A DNA stretch of 63,666 nucleotides, the filler included, from Thraustochytrium aureum (taxonomy: Eukaryota), in NCBI GenBank assembly GCA_012862495.1. It is 11 parts of 9 records of this genome, joined end to end, with 100 filler letters (N's around TTAATTAATTAA, not from the genome) between each part and the next. Parts side by side here need not be neighbours in the genome. Positions count along the whole stretch, not along the records: positions 47,376 to 49,674 come from BLSG01000068.1; positions 49,775 to 53,198 come from BLSG01000069.1; positions 53,299 to 57,392 come from BLSG01000070.1; positions 57,493 to 59,169 come from BLSG01000075.1; 7 more parts are not named here. One strand, given 5' to 3'. Below the pieces are notes generated by a model. It was not told where the DNA came from, made no database searches, and was given only the letters and a program-made list of their open reading frames with translations. Below are positions 47,428 to 57,991 of this stretch, piece by piece (position 1 is the stretch's first letter; the number at the start of each line of letters is the position of its first letter). Position numbers and translations under genes: made by a program.

Positions 47428-49623
47428 ATGGCCCGACTAGCGCTTGCGCTGGCCCTCGTGGCGGCCACGGCCGCCAATCTGGCGCACGAGGCCGCCGCCG
47501 CGCTCGTTTGGCACGCAGAGCACTCGATTCCCGCGAGCGACTACCAAGGCCACTTTGACACCTGGTCCGGGCAAAACTACCGCCTGCAGTCCCTGACCGG
47601 GTTCCAGGACGCAAACGGCAAAGTCAAGTACAACGCTGTCTGGCACAAAGTGGCGGGCCCGGCGTGGGCCGCCTTCCACGGAATGACCGAGTCGCAGTAC
47701 CAGACGAAATTTAAGGAGATGATCGACAAGGACTACTCGCTCGTTTACGTGGACGGATTCGACGTGAACAGGTCGCCACGCATCAACAGCATTTTCGAGA
47801 AGCGCAACAACGCGCCGGCGTTCGAGGCCCGCCACGGACAGAGCTCGAACGAATACCAGGGCACGTTCAACTTGTACACGTCGCAAGGGTACGACCTGGC
47901 GATCGTGAGCACCTACCAGCGATTCGGAGCAGAGCGGTACGCCAGCCTCTTCGTCAAGAACAGCGAGCCGGCCGGCTGGGTCGCGCACCACTCGATGACC
48001 CCCGCGGAATACCAGGCGAAATTTGACTCGTTGAAGGCAAGCGGGTTCCGCCCCGCCCACGTCAGCGCCGGATCGGTCGGCAACGGCGCACAGTTTTCCG
48101 CGCTCTGGGTCCGCAAGCCAGGCCCGGCCTACAGCGCCTTTCACGGCCTGTCCAAGCCGCAGATGCAGGCCAAGCTGGACTCACTCGTGCCGGCAGGCTA
48201 CGTGCCGCGCGTACTGGACGCCTACACCGAGAACGGGGCCACAAAGTGGGCGGGCATCCTCGAAAAGGTTGGCCAAGACGTCAGGACCATCAAAGCGAAC
48301 GGCCCCACGACGCCTTCCACGGCCTGCTTTGACCAAATCATCATCCAGTTCATGAAGGACAAAAAGATCAAGGGCGCGAGCACCGCAGTGATCAAGAACG
48401 GCGATATCGTCTACTCGCAGGGCTATGGCCTCCGCGACGTGGACGGCATCGACGTCCCGGACGTCGGTATCAAGGTCGAAGTGGACAAGGTCATGCCCTA
48501 CACGCCCATGCGTCTTGCTAGTGTCAGCAAGCCGATCACCGGGCTGGCGGTCCTGCGCCTGGTTCAAGAAGGCAAACTGGGCCTCGACGACAAGGTCTTC
48601 GGGCCGGGCGGCATCCTCCAGTCCATGAGCGACAACCCCTGGACGGGCCACAACATCGTGGACAACCGAATTCTCGCCGTGACCGTGCGCCACCTCTTGA
48701 TGCACACTGGCGGGTGGGACCGCGACGTCAGCTTCGACCCAATGTTCCGCAGCAAGACGATCGCCACCGCGCTCGGCGTGTCCGGGCCCGCCACGTGCCG
48801 CCACGTCGCGTACTACATGTTCAATCAGAAGCTCGACTTTGCGCCAGGCAAACAGTACGCCTACAGCAACTTTGGGTACTGCCTCCTTGGCCTGGTCATC
48901 GAGGCCGTCACCGGGAAAAACTACGAGCTCGCCGTGCGCCAGCTGTACCTGGACAAGGCCGGCGTCTCGCGCGCTGAAATGTACGTCGGCAAGACGCAGT
49001 ACAAGGACGTGCGCTCTTACGAGGCCGAGTACGAGTGCCCCGGCTGCGCTCTCGCCGACAGCGTGTTCCCCGGCGTCACCGACAAGGTTAGCAACCCGTA
49101 CGGCGCCTGGCACCTGGAGGCGATGGCCGCGCACGGCGCCTGGGTAGCTTCTGCGCAGCAGCTGGTGCAAATGGTAAAGTACATCGAGTCCCCGCACTGC
49201 AACGGCACCAAGGCCGGCGTCAACGACGAGCCTTGCCTCGTCTGGCAGTCCATGTTCAACGAGCTGGTGGCCAAGCCGTCCTTTGCCAAGGTGAACGAGC
49301 CCTGGTACGGCCTCGGGTGGAGCGTTCGCGACTCGGGCTCTTCGTACAACATGTGGCACGGCGGATCGCTTCCCGGCACACGGACGGTTCTCGTCCGCGC
49401 CTCGAACGGGCTTGCCTGGGCGCTCCTTGTCAACCAACGCGAATTCGACGGCAGCATTGACCAGCTCATGTGGGACGCGACAAAGTGCGTGGGCAACGCC
49501 TGGCCCACCGACTTTAATGTCCAGCGCCTCCCAAGCACGCCCGTGCGGATTGTCCAGCCAGGCAGCATAATCAGGCCTGGGCTAGTGGCGAACCCGTCGC
49601 TGCGCGCGCCCTTGGTCGGCTAG
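47428..49623 (+). CDS. secreted polyglycine-hydrolase-like protein: signal peptide + 5 tandem repeats + beta-lactamase-fold serine hydrolase
   Basis: Hydrophobic leader; five ~50-aa W-x3-H-G..YQ..GY..Y-x3-W repeats; ASVSK, LLMHTGG, YSNFGY, WHGGSLPG. Confidence 0.88.
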   Translation: MARLALALALVAATAANLAHEAAAALVWHAEHSIPASDYQGHFDTWSGQNYRLQSLTGFQDANGKVKYNAVWHKVAGPAWAAFHGMTESQYQTKFKEMIDKDYSLVYVDGFDVNRSPRINSIFEKRNNAPAFEARHGQSSNEYQGTFNLYTSQGYDLAIVSTYQRFGAERYASLFVKNSEPAGWVAHHSMTPAEYQAKFDSLKASGFRPAHVSAGSVGNGAQFSALWVRKPGPAYSAFHGLSKPQMQAKLDSLVPAGYVPRVLDAYTENGATKWAGILEKVGQDVRTIKANGPTTPSTACFDQIIIQFMKDKKIKGASTAVIKNGDIVYSQGYGLRDVDGIDVPDVGIKVEVDKVMPYTPMRLASVSKPITGLAVLRLVQEGKLGLDDKVFGPGGILQSMSDNPWTGHNIVDNRILAVTVRHLLMHTGGWDRDVSFDPMFRSKTIATALGVSGPATCRHVAYYMFNQKLDFAPGKQYAYSNFGYCLLGLVIEAVTGKNYELAVRQLYLDKAGVSRAEMYVGKTQYKDVRSYEAEYECPGCALADSVFPGVTDKVSNPYGAWHLEAMAAHGAWVASAQQLVQMVKYIESPHCNGTKAGVNDEPCLVWQSMFNELVAKPSFAKVNEPWYGLGWSVRDSGSSYNMWHGGSLPGTRTVLVRASNGLAWALLVNQREFDGSIDQLMWDATKCVGNAWPTDFNVQRLPSTPVRIVQPGSIIRPGLVANPSLRAPLVG

Positions 49624-50874
49624 TCTGGCAGAAAATGCAACTAAATCCCGTTCGAATTAATCCAAATCCACTCTNNNNNNNNNNNNNNNNNNNNNNNNNN
49701 NNNNNNNNNNNNNNNNNNTTAATTAATTAANNNNNNNNNNNNNNNNNNNNNNNNNNNNNNNNNNNNNNNNNNNNCAACAACACATAACAGAACCACGATC
49801 TTCTCTCACTCCATCGCAGATACATGCTGTCAGGTCCAACGCCGCCAAAATATAGCTTGCTCATTCGAGCACAATGGCCGTAAAAGACTCGCTCGGTCGC
49901 GAGAGTTCCCATTGTGAACACGATCAGCACCTCGCCGTCTTCCGCTTCCGAATCGATTACTTGTACGTCTCGCGCAACAAGACGCTGACGAGGAGGAGAT
50001 CCGGCAAGTTCTGCGGCATCTGATCACCTCCGATCCGCATTCAACGTCTGGTCCTCATGGGGCCGGCCTGGGCCCTCTCCAGCAAGCCGCCCTCGTGGCG
50101 CAGCGAGACGCCCCTGTTGGTGCTGCCTGACCTAGGTTGGGCAGCGTTCTTTCTTTCACCATTTCTTTCCCTATGCTATTGACGTAGAGAAACAAACCAA
50201 CCAAATGGATCATCAAACAGCCCAAAGCATTCAAAACCTCAAAGCATTCGCCGTAGGCAGGCTAAGCCAACTAGCGTAGCCAGCCACTGTTCATGTCTTG
50301 GCTCGGCAGTTCGAAGATCGGTACATCACAGCTTTAATGAAGCATCGCTGTCCAGAGACAGACTTGATGAAGTTGGCATCAACATCAAAGCCTCTGGACC
50401 AAAGCGATGCCCAAGCACAGAAGGCCAAGCTTATCGTTGCAAACCGCACCGTTCAACTAGCTTCGCTCTCCACTACTCAGAGCTAGAGGCTAGAGTAGTA
50501 AGCTAGAGGAGGTCTGCAGGAGGACTCGAGCTCTGCAGGCAGCCAACGCGCGGCCAGGAGCGTGGGGCGCGTGCCCCTGCGGTGGGGCGCGTGGCCCTGC
50601 GGAAGCTTCGAACGGACGTTGGAAATTGCGCACCAGAGCTCTACACCGAGGCGACGGGCTGGAGAAAGGCACAAGATGGGCGCTGAGGACACCTGCCCGC
50701 GTTGATCTAGCGCCGGCCTGTCCCAGCCACGCTAGTTTGCCCCGCCGGTTTGCTTTTATGCACGTAGATGCCGCACAACACAAGGCGGACTCATCATTGT
50801 GAGATGGGCTAGCTTTATCTCCAAGTTGAGCCGGGTGAACGAGTACCTATCCTCCGGAACGCCGCGTGACCTTT

Positions 50875-53198
50875 TCATTCGGCTTTCGGAGCAGCCCTGT
50901 CCGGCTTGCTTTTGAGCAGTTTCAACATGCTTTCTGCGACTTGGTTGAAAAGGCAGCTGACGTTGCTTTTGTCGATGGTTAGGAGAAAGTCGTGCTTCTT
51001 GCGCTTACAGCCTTTCTTGCAGGGTTCATACGCTCCAAAGTCGCGCAGGCCCGTTCCAGCCACAGTGGTTGCTTGCGCAGGATACTGGACCATCAAACGC
51101 ACAACTGCCCGAGTACGATTTTGAGATCGGCCATTGATTTTGAAGAGCTCCGCTTTTGCCGCGTCCCACGCCACGTGCTGCTCGGCGGTCAGCGCATTTG
51201 AGCGCACAGGTTCATGGCTGCGATTCTGGTGGTACAGCAGCTCCGGGACGATGCTACGAAGCGCCGCAGGCTGGCTCTGAACCCTGTTCCTCAGCTTGGT
51301 CTGCACCAGCACCGGGCAAAAGTCGGAATGGTTGGTATTCCACATGAGGAACAAAACGTCCGGCCCGAAGTGTGCATCAGGCAAACAAAACGGCTCAACG
51401 AGGCCTTCGAACCGAGCTGAAGTTGCCCTCTTCACCCACTGGATGGTTTTGTCTGGCTCTCCGCTGCAGTCGCGCACGATAACCCCATAGGAGGATTCTG
51501 CTGGCGTGGAGTAGCCCCGCGGCGCACCTGATTGAGACTCCAAGACACGAAGAAAGTTGTCCTGGATGGCCGGCAGGACGAGCATCTCAAATGTGCTGCC
51601 AAGACCGCTCGAACTATTTTGCCCATTCATGCTATGATGCAACATCTCCTCCGTTTTAAAGTGGCTTATGCATGCTTGGACCATGAGCGGCTCATCCAGC
51701 ACACCAACGACATTGCTTTCAATTGCATCATCGCTCTGCACAACAGCCACAGCTACGACCCCTTTCTCAATCAAGACCTTGGCCGACGTCATGATTTGCG
51801 ACGGCCTGCCGCCGAAAGCAAACCTGAACGTGGCATCCTGCAGAGCACGATGCAGGGAGGACCACTTCAGCTCGCGGTCTGCTGCATTCCCTGCTACAAA
51901 GCCACCCTTGTCCATCACCCTTCTAACGGCCGCCAGGGCAGACGATTTGCTCAGCGAGGGTGACCTGCTCAGCCACGGGGCAGACGATGCACCCTGCAAC
52001 AATGTCGGGCTGTCGTTGTTGACGGCCGTCATCAGTTTGACGTACCGGTCTACTGCCTCAATGAACGGGCGCTCCTCCGCTGTAAACTGCCCAAACGTCG
52101 TCTGGAGGTCGGGCCTTGAATTCTGCTTCAGGAACGTCTCCAAAAAGGTCGCCGTCCACCTCGGCCGTCCGCGCAGCCACCGAGCGGCGTGTTGCAAGAC
52201 GTCTGAGCCCAAACACTCGACGTTCAGAAAACGGCACATGTAAGCCGTTACCGCGTCGGCGTCGAGGACCGCCAAACCCGTGAAGACAGTCTCGAAAGTC
52301 TTTGTTGGCTTTTTGGCCACTGCAGAACTGGTCTCTCTGTTGAACGCATCGAAGGACAGACCTGTGCCGCAGAACACTGGGTAACCCAAACTCATGCTTT
52401 CGCTCAATCCGATCAGCGCCTTGGCGACGGCAGAAAAAGACGACCGCGGCTTCCCCGCATCCGATGCCGACACAAACTTGAGATGGAGCAGTGATAACAG
52501 CTGTTGCGACTCGTCTACAAAGCAGACCTTGCGGCACTCGTTCTTCGAGCCAGAGTCAAGCGCACCTATGGCGGTGCGGGGGTCGGCCTTCCACATGCAC
52601 TGGCCCATCAGCAGGAGAAACGCGTCCGCCCCTAGGAATTCTTTCGGATAGAGCTGAAGCAGCAGCCATTCGAACGGCGAAACGGGGCTGCGGTTTTCCA
52701 TCTTCAGCCGGTCGTTGACCGCTTCGTACACGGCCTGTCGCACGTACACGATGACCTCCAGCCACTCCCGAACAGTCGCGAGGTTTTTCGCGCTGTCGGC
52801 GCTCTTGTTTTCATAGCTTCCTTTGAGCTTGGTCAGAATCCCGCCGAGATCGTCCAGCAGCATCTCGAGGTCGCCCGAGCCCGGGTTGCGCGCCGTGGTC
52901 GCAACCAAGTACAGTCCATGGTTGTGGCAAAGGTACTCGAACACGCTCCGCGTCTTGCCGGCCCCAGACGTCCCGTAGATTGCGCTCGGACCTGCACTTT
53001 TCGTTGCGTCGATGTGGGCGTACACCGCGGATTCCTTGTGCTCATCGTTCGCCACGTCGTGCAGGAGGAGCGAGGGCTCGCTCGAACCAGGGACGCACGG
53101 GATGGCCGAGTCTGCACGAAACATGCCCGCAAGGATGGCATCGATTGGAGGCACGAAAGTAGTTAGGGAGGGGCGCAAACCATTCCAGCCTTTGAGAG
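50875..53198 (-). CDS. Crinkler (CR)-type P-loop NTPase + C-terminal PD-(D/E)xK-like nuclease, 5'-truncated
   Basis: GTSGAGKT, GSGDL, FVDESQ, CGTGLS, GRPR, DEPL, GSTFE, PDAHFGPD, VLVQTK. Confidence 0.72.
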
Positions 53199-53298
53199 NN
53201 NNNNNNNNNNNNNNNNNNNNNNNNNNNNNNNNNNNNNNNNNNTTAATTAATTAANNNNNNNNNNNNNNNNNNNNNNNNNNNNNNNNNNNNNNNNNNNN

Positions 53299-53350
<52 letters not shown>

Positions 53351-53405
53351 CGGCGAGGAGTCGGAACTTTGATTGCTCGATAGCGTGCGCCCGAACGAGT
53401 CAGCG

Positions 53406-54704
53406 ATGGCATTGCGCGCTGCTGCACTGGCTCTGAGCGTCGCTGCAGTTGCTGCTGCTGTTGCCCGTGATGATACTAGAAAACGTCGAAATCTTGGGTC
53501 GCATTCTTCGCAGCCACGCAGGAAACGGCGGATGAAGGTTCAACGCCACAAGACGTGGGCGGAGTTCCTCGCCCAAGTGGCAGATGGAGACTTCGGGCGC
53601 TTGTTTCGAATCACCGAAACTGAGTTTGAGGCCCTCTTCGCTATTCTCGACGTCGAACCGTCACCCCTACATCGAGATGCTTCAGGCTCGAGGCGACCTG
53701 AGACGCTTCTCATTGAGCCCAGGATGATTCTTGGCATACTCCTGATGAGACTTGGTGGAGCCCGAATTGTATGCATCGCGCACCACTTCCACCTCTGTGT
53801 TTCCTCCGTCAGCCGTGCTTTTAGCGACGGTGTCCAGGCCGTGCTGCATGCCTCGAAGCACTTCATGTGTGACGATCCGTTTGGTAACATCACGAAGCTG
53901 GAGAAGCTCGCAGACGGCTTCAATCAACTGACCTGGGGCTACAACGAAAACAAGCGGACGATGTACGGATGCGTTGGGGCTCTGGATGGAATCGTTATCC
54001 GGATTAAGAATCCAACGATCTGTCAGTACAACAGGAGCTATTACAACAGAAAGGGTTACTTTGCCATCGTCGTTCAAGCGATATGTGATGCGAATTGCAA
54101 ATTCCTCATGTTCGATGCAGTTGAAGGTTCGACGCATGACTCCATGGCTTTTGAAATGAGCAGCCTATTCGCTCAAATCATGGGCCCAACCGCAAAACTG
54201 AGCCTTAAGCCCGGCGTGACGAGCACTCGCCTCGAGGTCGACAACTGCTTTTGGATTGCCGCGGACAACGCATACCAGACGTCAAAGACGATCTTGACAC
54301 CGTATCGCGTCACTGGAACACAATATGGCGACCTCAGTAAGCTGGCTTTCAACAAGAGACTTTCGAGCTTGCGCGTCAGAATCGAGATGAGCTTCGGCCT
54401 TCTGCGAAATTCGTTTCCCATCCTGTGCGAGCTCCCGCGCATGCATCCTGCAGACAATGTTGACATTGCCAAGTGCTGTGCGCTCCTGCACAACTTCCTT
54501 CGTGACCAACGCAAGGACATCGATTTCGATCTCGATGGCGTGACGCTTGATCTCGAAGTGAACGCAGGCGGTGAATGCAACACCGTTGATGACATAGGGA
54601 TGGGCACCCACCGTGAAAGGCACGTTGCCCATCTCGCCAACCAGGGATACACATTTAGCGTCAGCGACGAGATGAACACGACGTGCGCGCGCCGCGCTCG
54701 CTGA
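53406..54704 (+). CDS. Harbinger/PIF transposase (DDE_Tnp_4, HARBI1-like)
   Basis: FRIT..F..L, GCVGALDG, YYNRKGYFAIVVQAICDA, GSTHDS, IAADNAY, FNKRLSSLRVRIEMSFGLL, CALLHNF. Confidence 0.95.
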   Translation: MALRAAALALSVAAVAAAVARDDTRKRRNLGSHSSQPRRKRRMKVQRHKTWAEFLAQVADGDFGRLFRITETEFEALFAILDVEPSPLHRDASGSRRPETLLIEPRMILGILLMRLGGARIVCIAHHFHLCVSSVSRAFSDGVQAVLHASKHFMCDDPFGNITKLEKLADGFNQLTWGYNENKRTMYGCVGALDGIVIRIKNPTICQYNRSYYNRKGYFAIVVQAICDANCKFLMFDAVEGSTHDSMAFEMSSLFAQIMGPTAKLSLKPGVTSTRLEVDNCFWIAADNAYQTSKTILTPYRVTGTQYGDLSKLAFNKRLSSLRVRIEMSFGLLRNSFPILCELPRMHPADNVDIAKCCALLHNFLRDQRKDIDFDLDGVTLDLEVNAGGECNTVDDIGMGTHRERHVAHLANQGYTFSVSDEMNTTCARRAR

Positions 54705-54818
54705 GTGTTTCCAACAGCTTGCCAGCATGCCAAATAATACGGTCTTGGAGATAGGGTGGAAAAGGGCCAAGTTTAATGTTCACGACGATGTGGATCTTAG
54801 TGTTCACCGGTTCTAGTT

Positions 54819-57082
54819 TCAGAGCTCGAGCAACCTCTCCTCCAAAGCAGAGTGCTTCATCATTGCCTGCTCGATCTCGGCTTGTTTCGTCGCTTCCATT
54901 TGACGCAAAACGTCCACTTTTCGCTGGTCTCCGAGACTTTCTGCTTCGACGACGAGAATCCTCGCCCTCTCATAAGCCTCTTCGAGCCGGGAGATCTTCC
55001 GGTCAAGCGATTCGAGCGCGGCGCGGAGCTTCCCAATCTCGATTTTCTTGCAGCGGTGCTCCGTCTCCCTTTTCTCTCTTTCCTCGGCGAGCTTGCAGCG
55101 TTCCATCTCCCTTTTCTCTCTTTCCTCGGCGAGTTTTGCGTTTCTCGTGTTTTGCTCGACGAATTCGCTCAAGAGACGGCGCATGGTTTGATCGCTTTCA
55201 TTTGCGTTGACCATCATCGCGCTTGCCGCTCCCATAAGATCAGCGGGTGAGGGGACTTGACGCTGGTGTCCGTGGCCTCTTGGATACGTGGGTTAGGGAT
55301 ACGCCACCTGCACCTTCTGTCTGGACCCACCGCCTGCGTGAACCGGGGGTGGCTGGCTGTCTATTGATCTCGCACGACAGGACCGCGACCAGTCGGTCGG
55401 CGTCATCATCTCGGTTGTGCGGAACGGCGAACTCTGCCAAGTACAGATGGGCATCTTTGTGCCATCGCTGTCGTTTCGTGGAGCGGTCGAGGAACTCAGA
55501 AACCGGAATGCGAGAGCCCGTTGTTTCTTCCTGCGTTCGCGACAAAAGCGCTACCTGCGGAGGACGCACCCTTGGCCAAACTACTCGAGTAGTGCGCGTA
55601 TCGCGAGTCCTCGTACTCTTCCTCGACTTCGGGCATGGGGTCCTCATCTTCCCCATGATCCGGATCGTGGTATCCGGAACGGCTATAGTTTGCTCTGAAC
55701 TGGTTGTATTCCCTTTTCAAGTCCCTTTTGAGCTGCTGAGCATCTGTTTCGCTCTTGATCTCGTAAGGACCCGATGGCACTAACGTCGGATCAGCAGCCT
55801 TGAGATCTGGGAAGCGATGACGCGGTTTGAACTCAGGACTGTTGACCATTCGCATGAGCGCGCCAAACACGGAACCCTCGAGCCTATCTGCGACAATTTC
55901 GTCTTTGTCTGACTGGCTGTGGGTGATTCGATGAAACACCGTTCCCGTCTGCCAGTACATCTCGGGCGAAAGGCCTTCCGTGCCGCGGTCCTCCGAAGGC
56001 TGGAAAACAAGCGCTTCTATGACCCGAGCGATGAGACTGGCCATTTCTGGCGATTTCACCACCCTCTTCCCGGTGCACATTGGCGCGGTAGAGTCGCTGA
56101 CGTCGCGCGTCTCCGCAGTTTCGAGCGAATCAAAGGACAAGGGCCCAGCACAAGCCGCCTCCAGGAGCTGTCCCAAGCCTTCAAGCACGCAATACTCTTG
56201 TGAGTTTGCATCGAGTCGAAGCGCTGGATTCACCTTCAACCCAACAACTCGAGACGTTGCACGGGCTACCACCTGGTTGCTCTCCTCGGTGCTTTCGTCA
56301 GAGTCGCTTTCACTCAACAAGAGCGGTGCGGGCCGCGCCCTGGCAGTCTCGATGTCTACGACTGTAGTGCCGCTCCCGCCCTTGACGAAAAGTGCAGCGG
56401 CGAAGGCCAACAGGAAACGAGCGAGTGAGGCGCGGCCGTCTTTCACCCTGGTCCCGCGGAGAAGGATCTTGCGCGTCCCGCTGTCCCAAATGTGCCCAAA
56501 CCACTTTGGATTGATCACGTTCTTCTTTCTCTTTCGTTGAAGGGCGGCGAAAGCCGTCCCGTTGCTGAGGATGCAGTCGTCGACCTGCCCAGCTGCCGCA
56601 GCGGCGGCCTCTGTTTGGTTTGGACCATCGGTGAAGCTTTCCGGGAGCGAGGAGGTGTATTTGAGGACACGAACGACAAAGTCCTGATGGTGCTTGGCGA
56701 AAATTACGCCGACGCAATGCATGAACTCATCGCTCCGGGCGAGTGACTCTAGGTCAAGAATGGCTGCATTCAGCTTCGCTTTCGACAGTCCCGAGAGAGC
56801 CTTCTCCATGCCTTCGACGGAGGCAAACTGCCCAAAGCCAAGGTCAAACATTGCTTCACTTGCCTTGTCGAGAATGAACTGCGTCCACTGCGCAGTTTGC
56901 ACAGACTCTGCCTCGACCTGCTCACGAACAGCGTCGGCCGTCTCCCCGTGAACCTCGGGCGGCACGATGACCACGTCGTCCAGCACGGAGCACTGACTTG
57001 CGCCAGCAGACGCACTCGCAGAGGTGCTTGAATTCAAAGTTGCGCAGCCATCGAGCAGTGCTGGCGGGCCCGCCGCGTCCAT
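54819..57082 (-). CDS. Harbinger accessory protein (Myb/SANT-like segment + coiled coil), about 750 aa if two frameshifts are corrected
   Basis: Three consecutive ORFs (55496..57103, 55240..55656, 54819..55235); LKREYNQFRANYSRSGYHDPD; C-terminal KLAEEREKRE x2. Confidence 0.6.
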
Positions 57083-57564
57083 CGTGACGTGACGAACCAA
57101 CACGGCACGGTAGCCTTCAAAACACGCCCCGACACCCCCGGATTCACGTTTTCACGTCGCCTGGGCCTGCTGTCGTGCTCGCCTCACCGTCACTCGTCAC
57201 CACGCTTGGCTTCGGCATCTGCAGCTCGAAACCTACCCTGAAGTTTGGGCGAACATCATGAAGTTCGGCAGATCGGCTCGAAGCCAACCCTCGGTGGGCA
57301 CTTTAAAGATCGGACATAGCTGCTATAAACCTACTTCGCGGCGCGAAATTCGTCAGAAAATGGTGTCGAAATCTGCTGTGACTTCCGGCCCTNNNNNNNN
57401 NNNNNNNNNNNNNNNNNNNNNNNNNNNNNNNNNNNNTTAATTAATTAANNNNNNNNNNNNNNNNNNNNNNNNNNNNNNNNNNNNNNNNNNNNGCAAGCAG
57501 GCAAGGGAGCGCGGACGCGCCAGCCCCGAACGCGCTCGAGCGCGCGCACGCGTTCTCCCGCCAG

Positions 57565-57599
<35 letters not shown>

Positions 57600-57654
57600 G
57601 TGGTGCTGCTGCTGCTGTGCGCGCGGGCTTGACGGCGGCGGGGATTGTGGGCGC

Positions 57655-57935
57655 GACGACGACCAGGAGCGTAACCACGACGAAGGCCTCGGCCTTGGCG
57701 ACGACGAAGACCTCGGCCTTGGCGACGACGAAGACCTCGGCCTTGACGACGACGTAGAAGTCGGGCTTGACGGCGACCAGGAGCGTAACCACGACGAAGG
57801 CCTCGGCCTTGGCGACGACGAAGACCTCGGCCTTGACGACGACGAAGACCTCGGCCTTGGCGACGACGAAGACCTCGGCCTTGACGGCGACGGAGAAGTC
57901 GGGCTTGACGGCGACGGAGATCACGACGACACATA
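57655..57935. repeat. 24-bp minisatellite with a 114-bp higher-order repeat
   Basis: Unit gacgacgaagacctcggcctt(ggc/gac); gaccaggagcgtaaccac at 57661 and 57775. Confidence 0.88.
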
Positions 57936-57991
57936 GCTCTCCGCGGGCTTGACGGCGACGCGAAACTTGGGCTAGAGCGAGCGAGCGAGCG

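Larger units (their letters stand above)
53299..57392. mobile_element. PIF/Harbinger DNA transposon occupying a whole contig
   Basis: Convergent transposase and accessory genes; contig ends ..gtgacttccggccct, whose reverse reads GGGCCGGAAG like a Harbinger terminus; left end lost at an (AGCC)n run. Confidence 0.8.

Noticed and set aside
47428..57392. Apparent 'island' of secreted hydrolase + Crinkler effector + Harbinger transposon
   Set aside because: The three genes are on separate contigs joined by artificial spacers, so adjacency carries no information.
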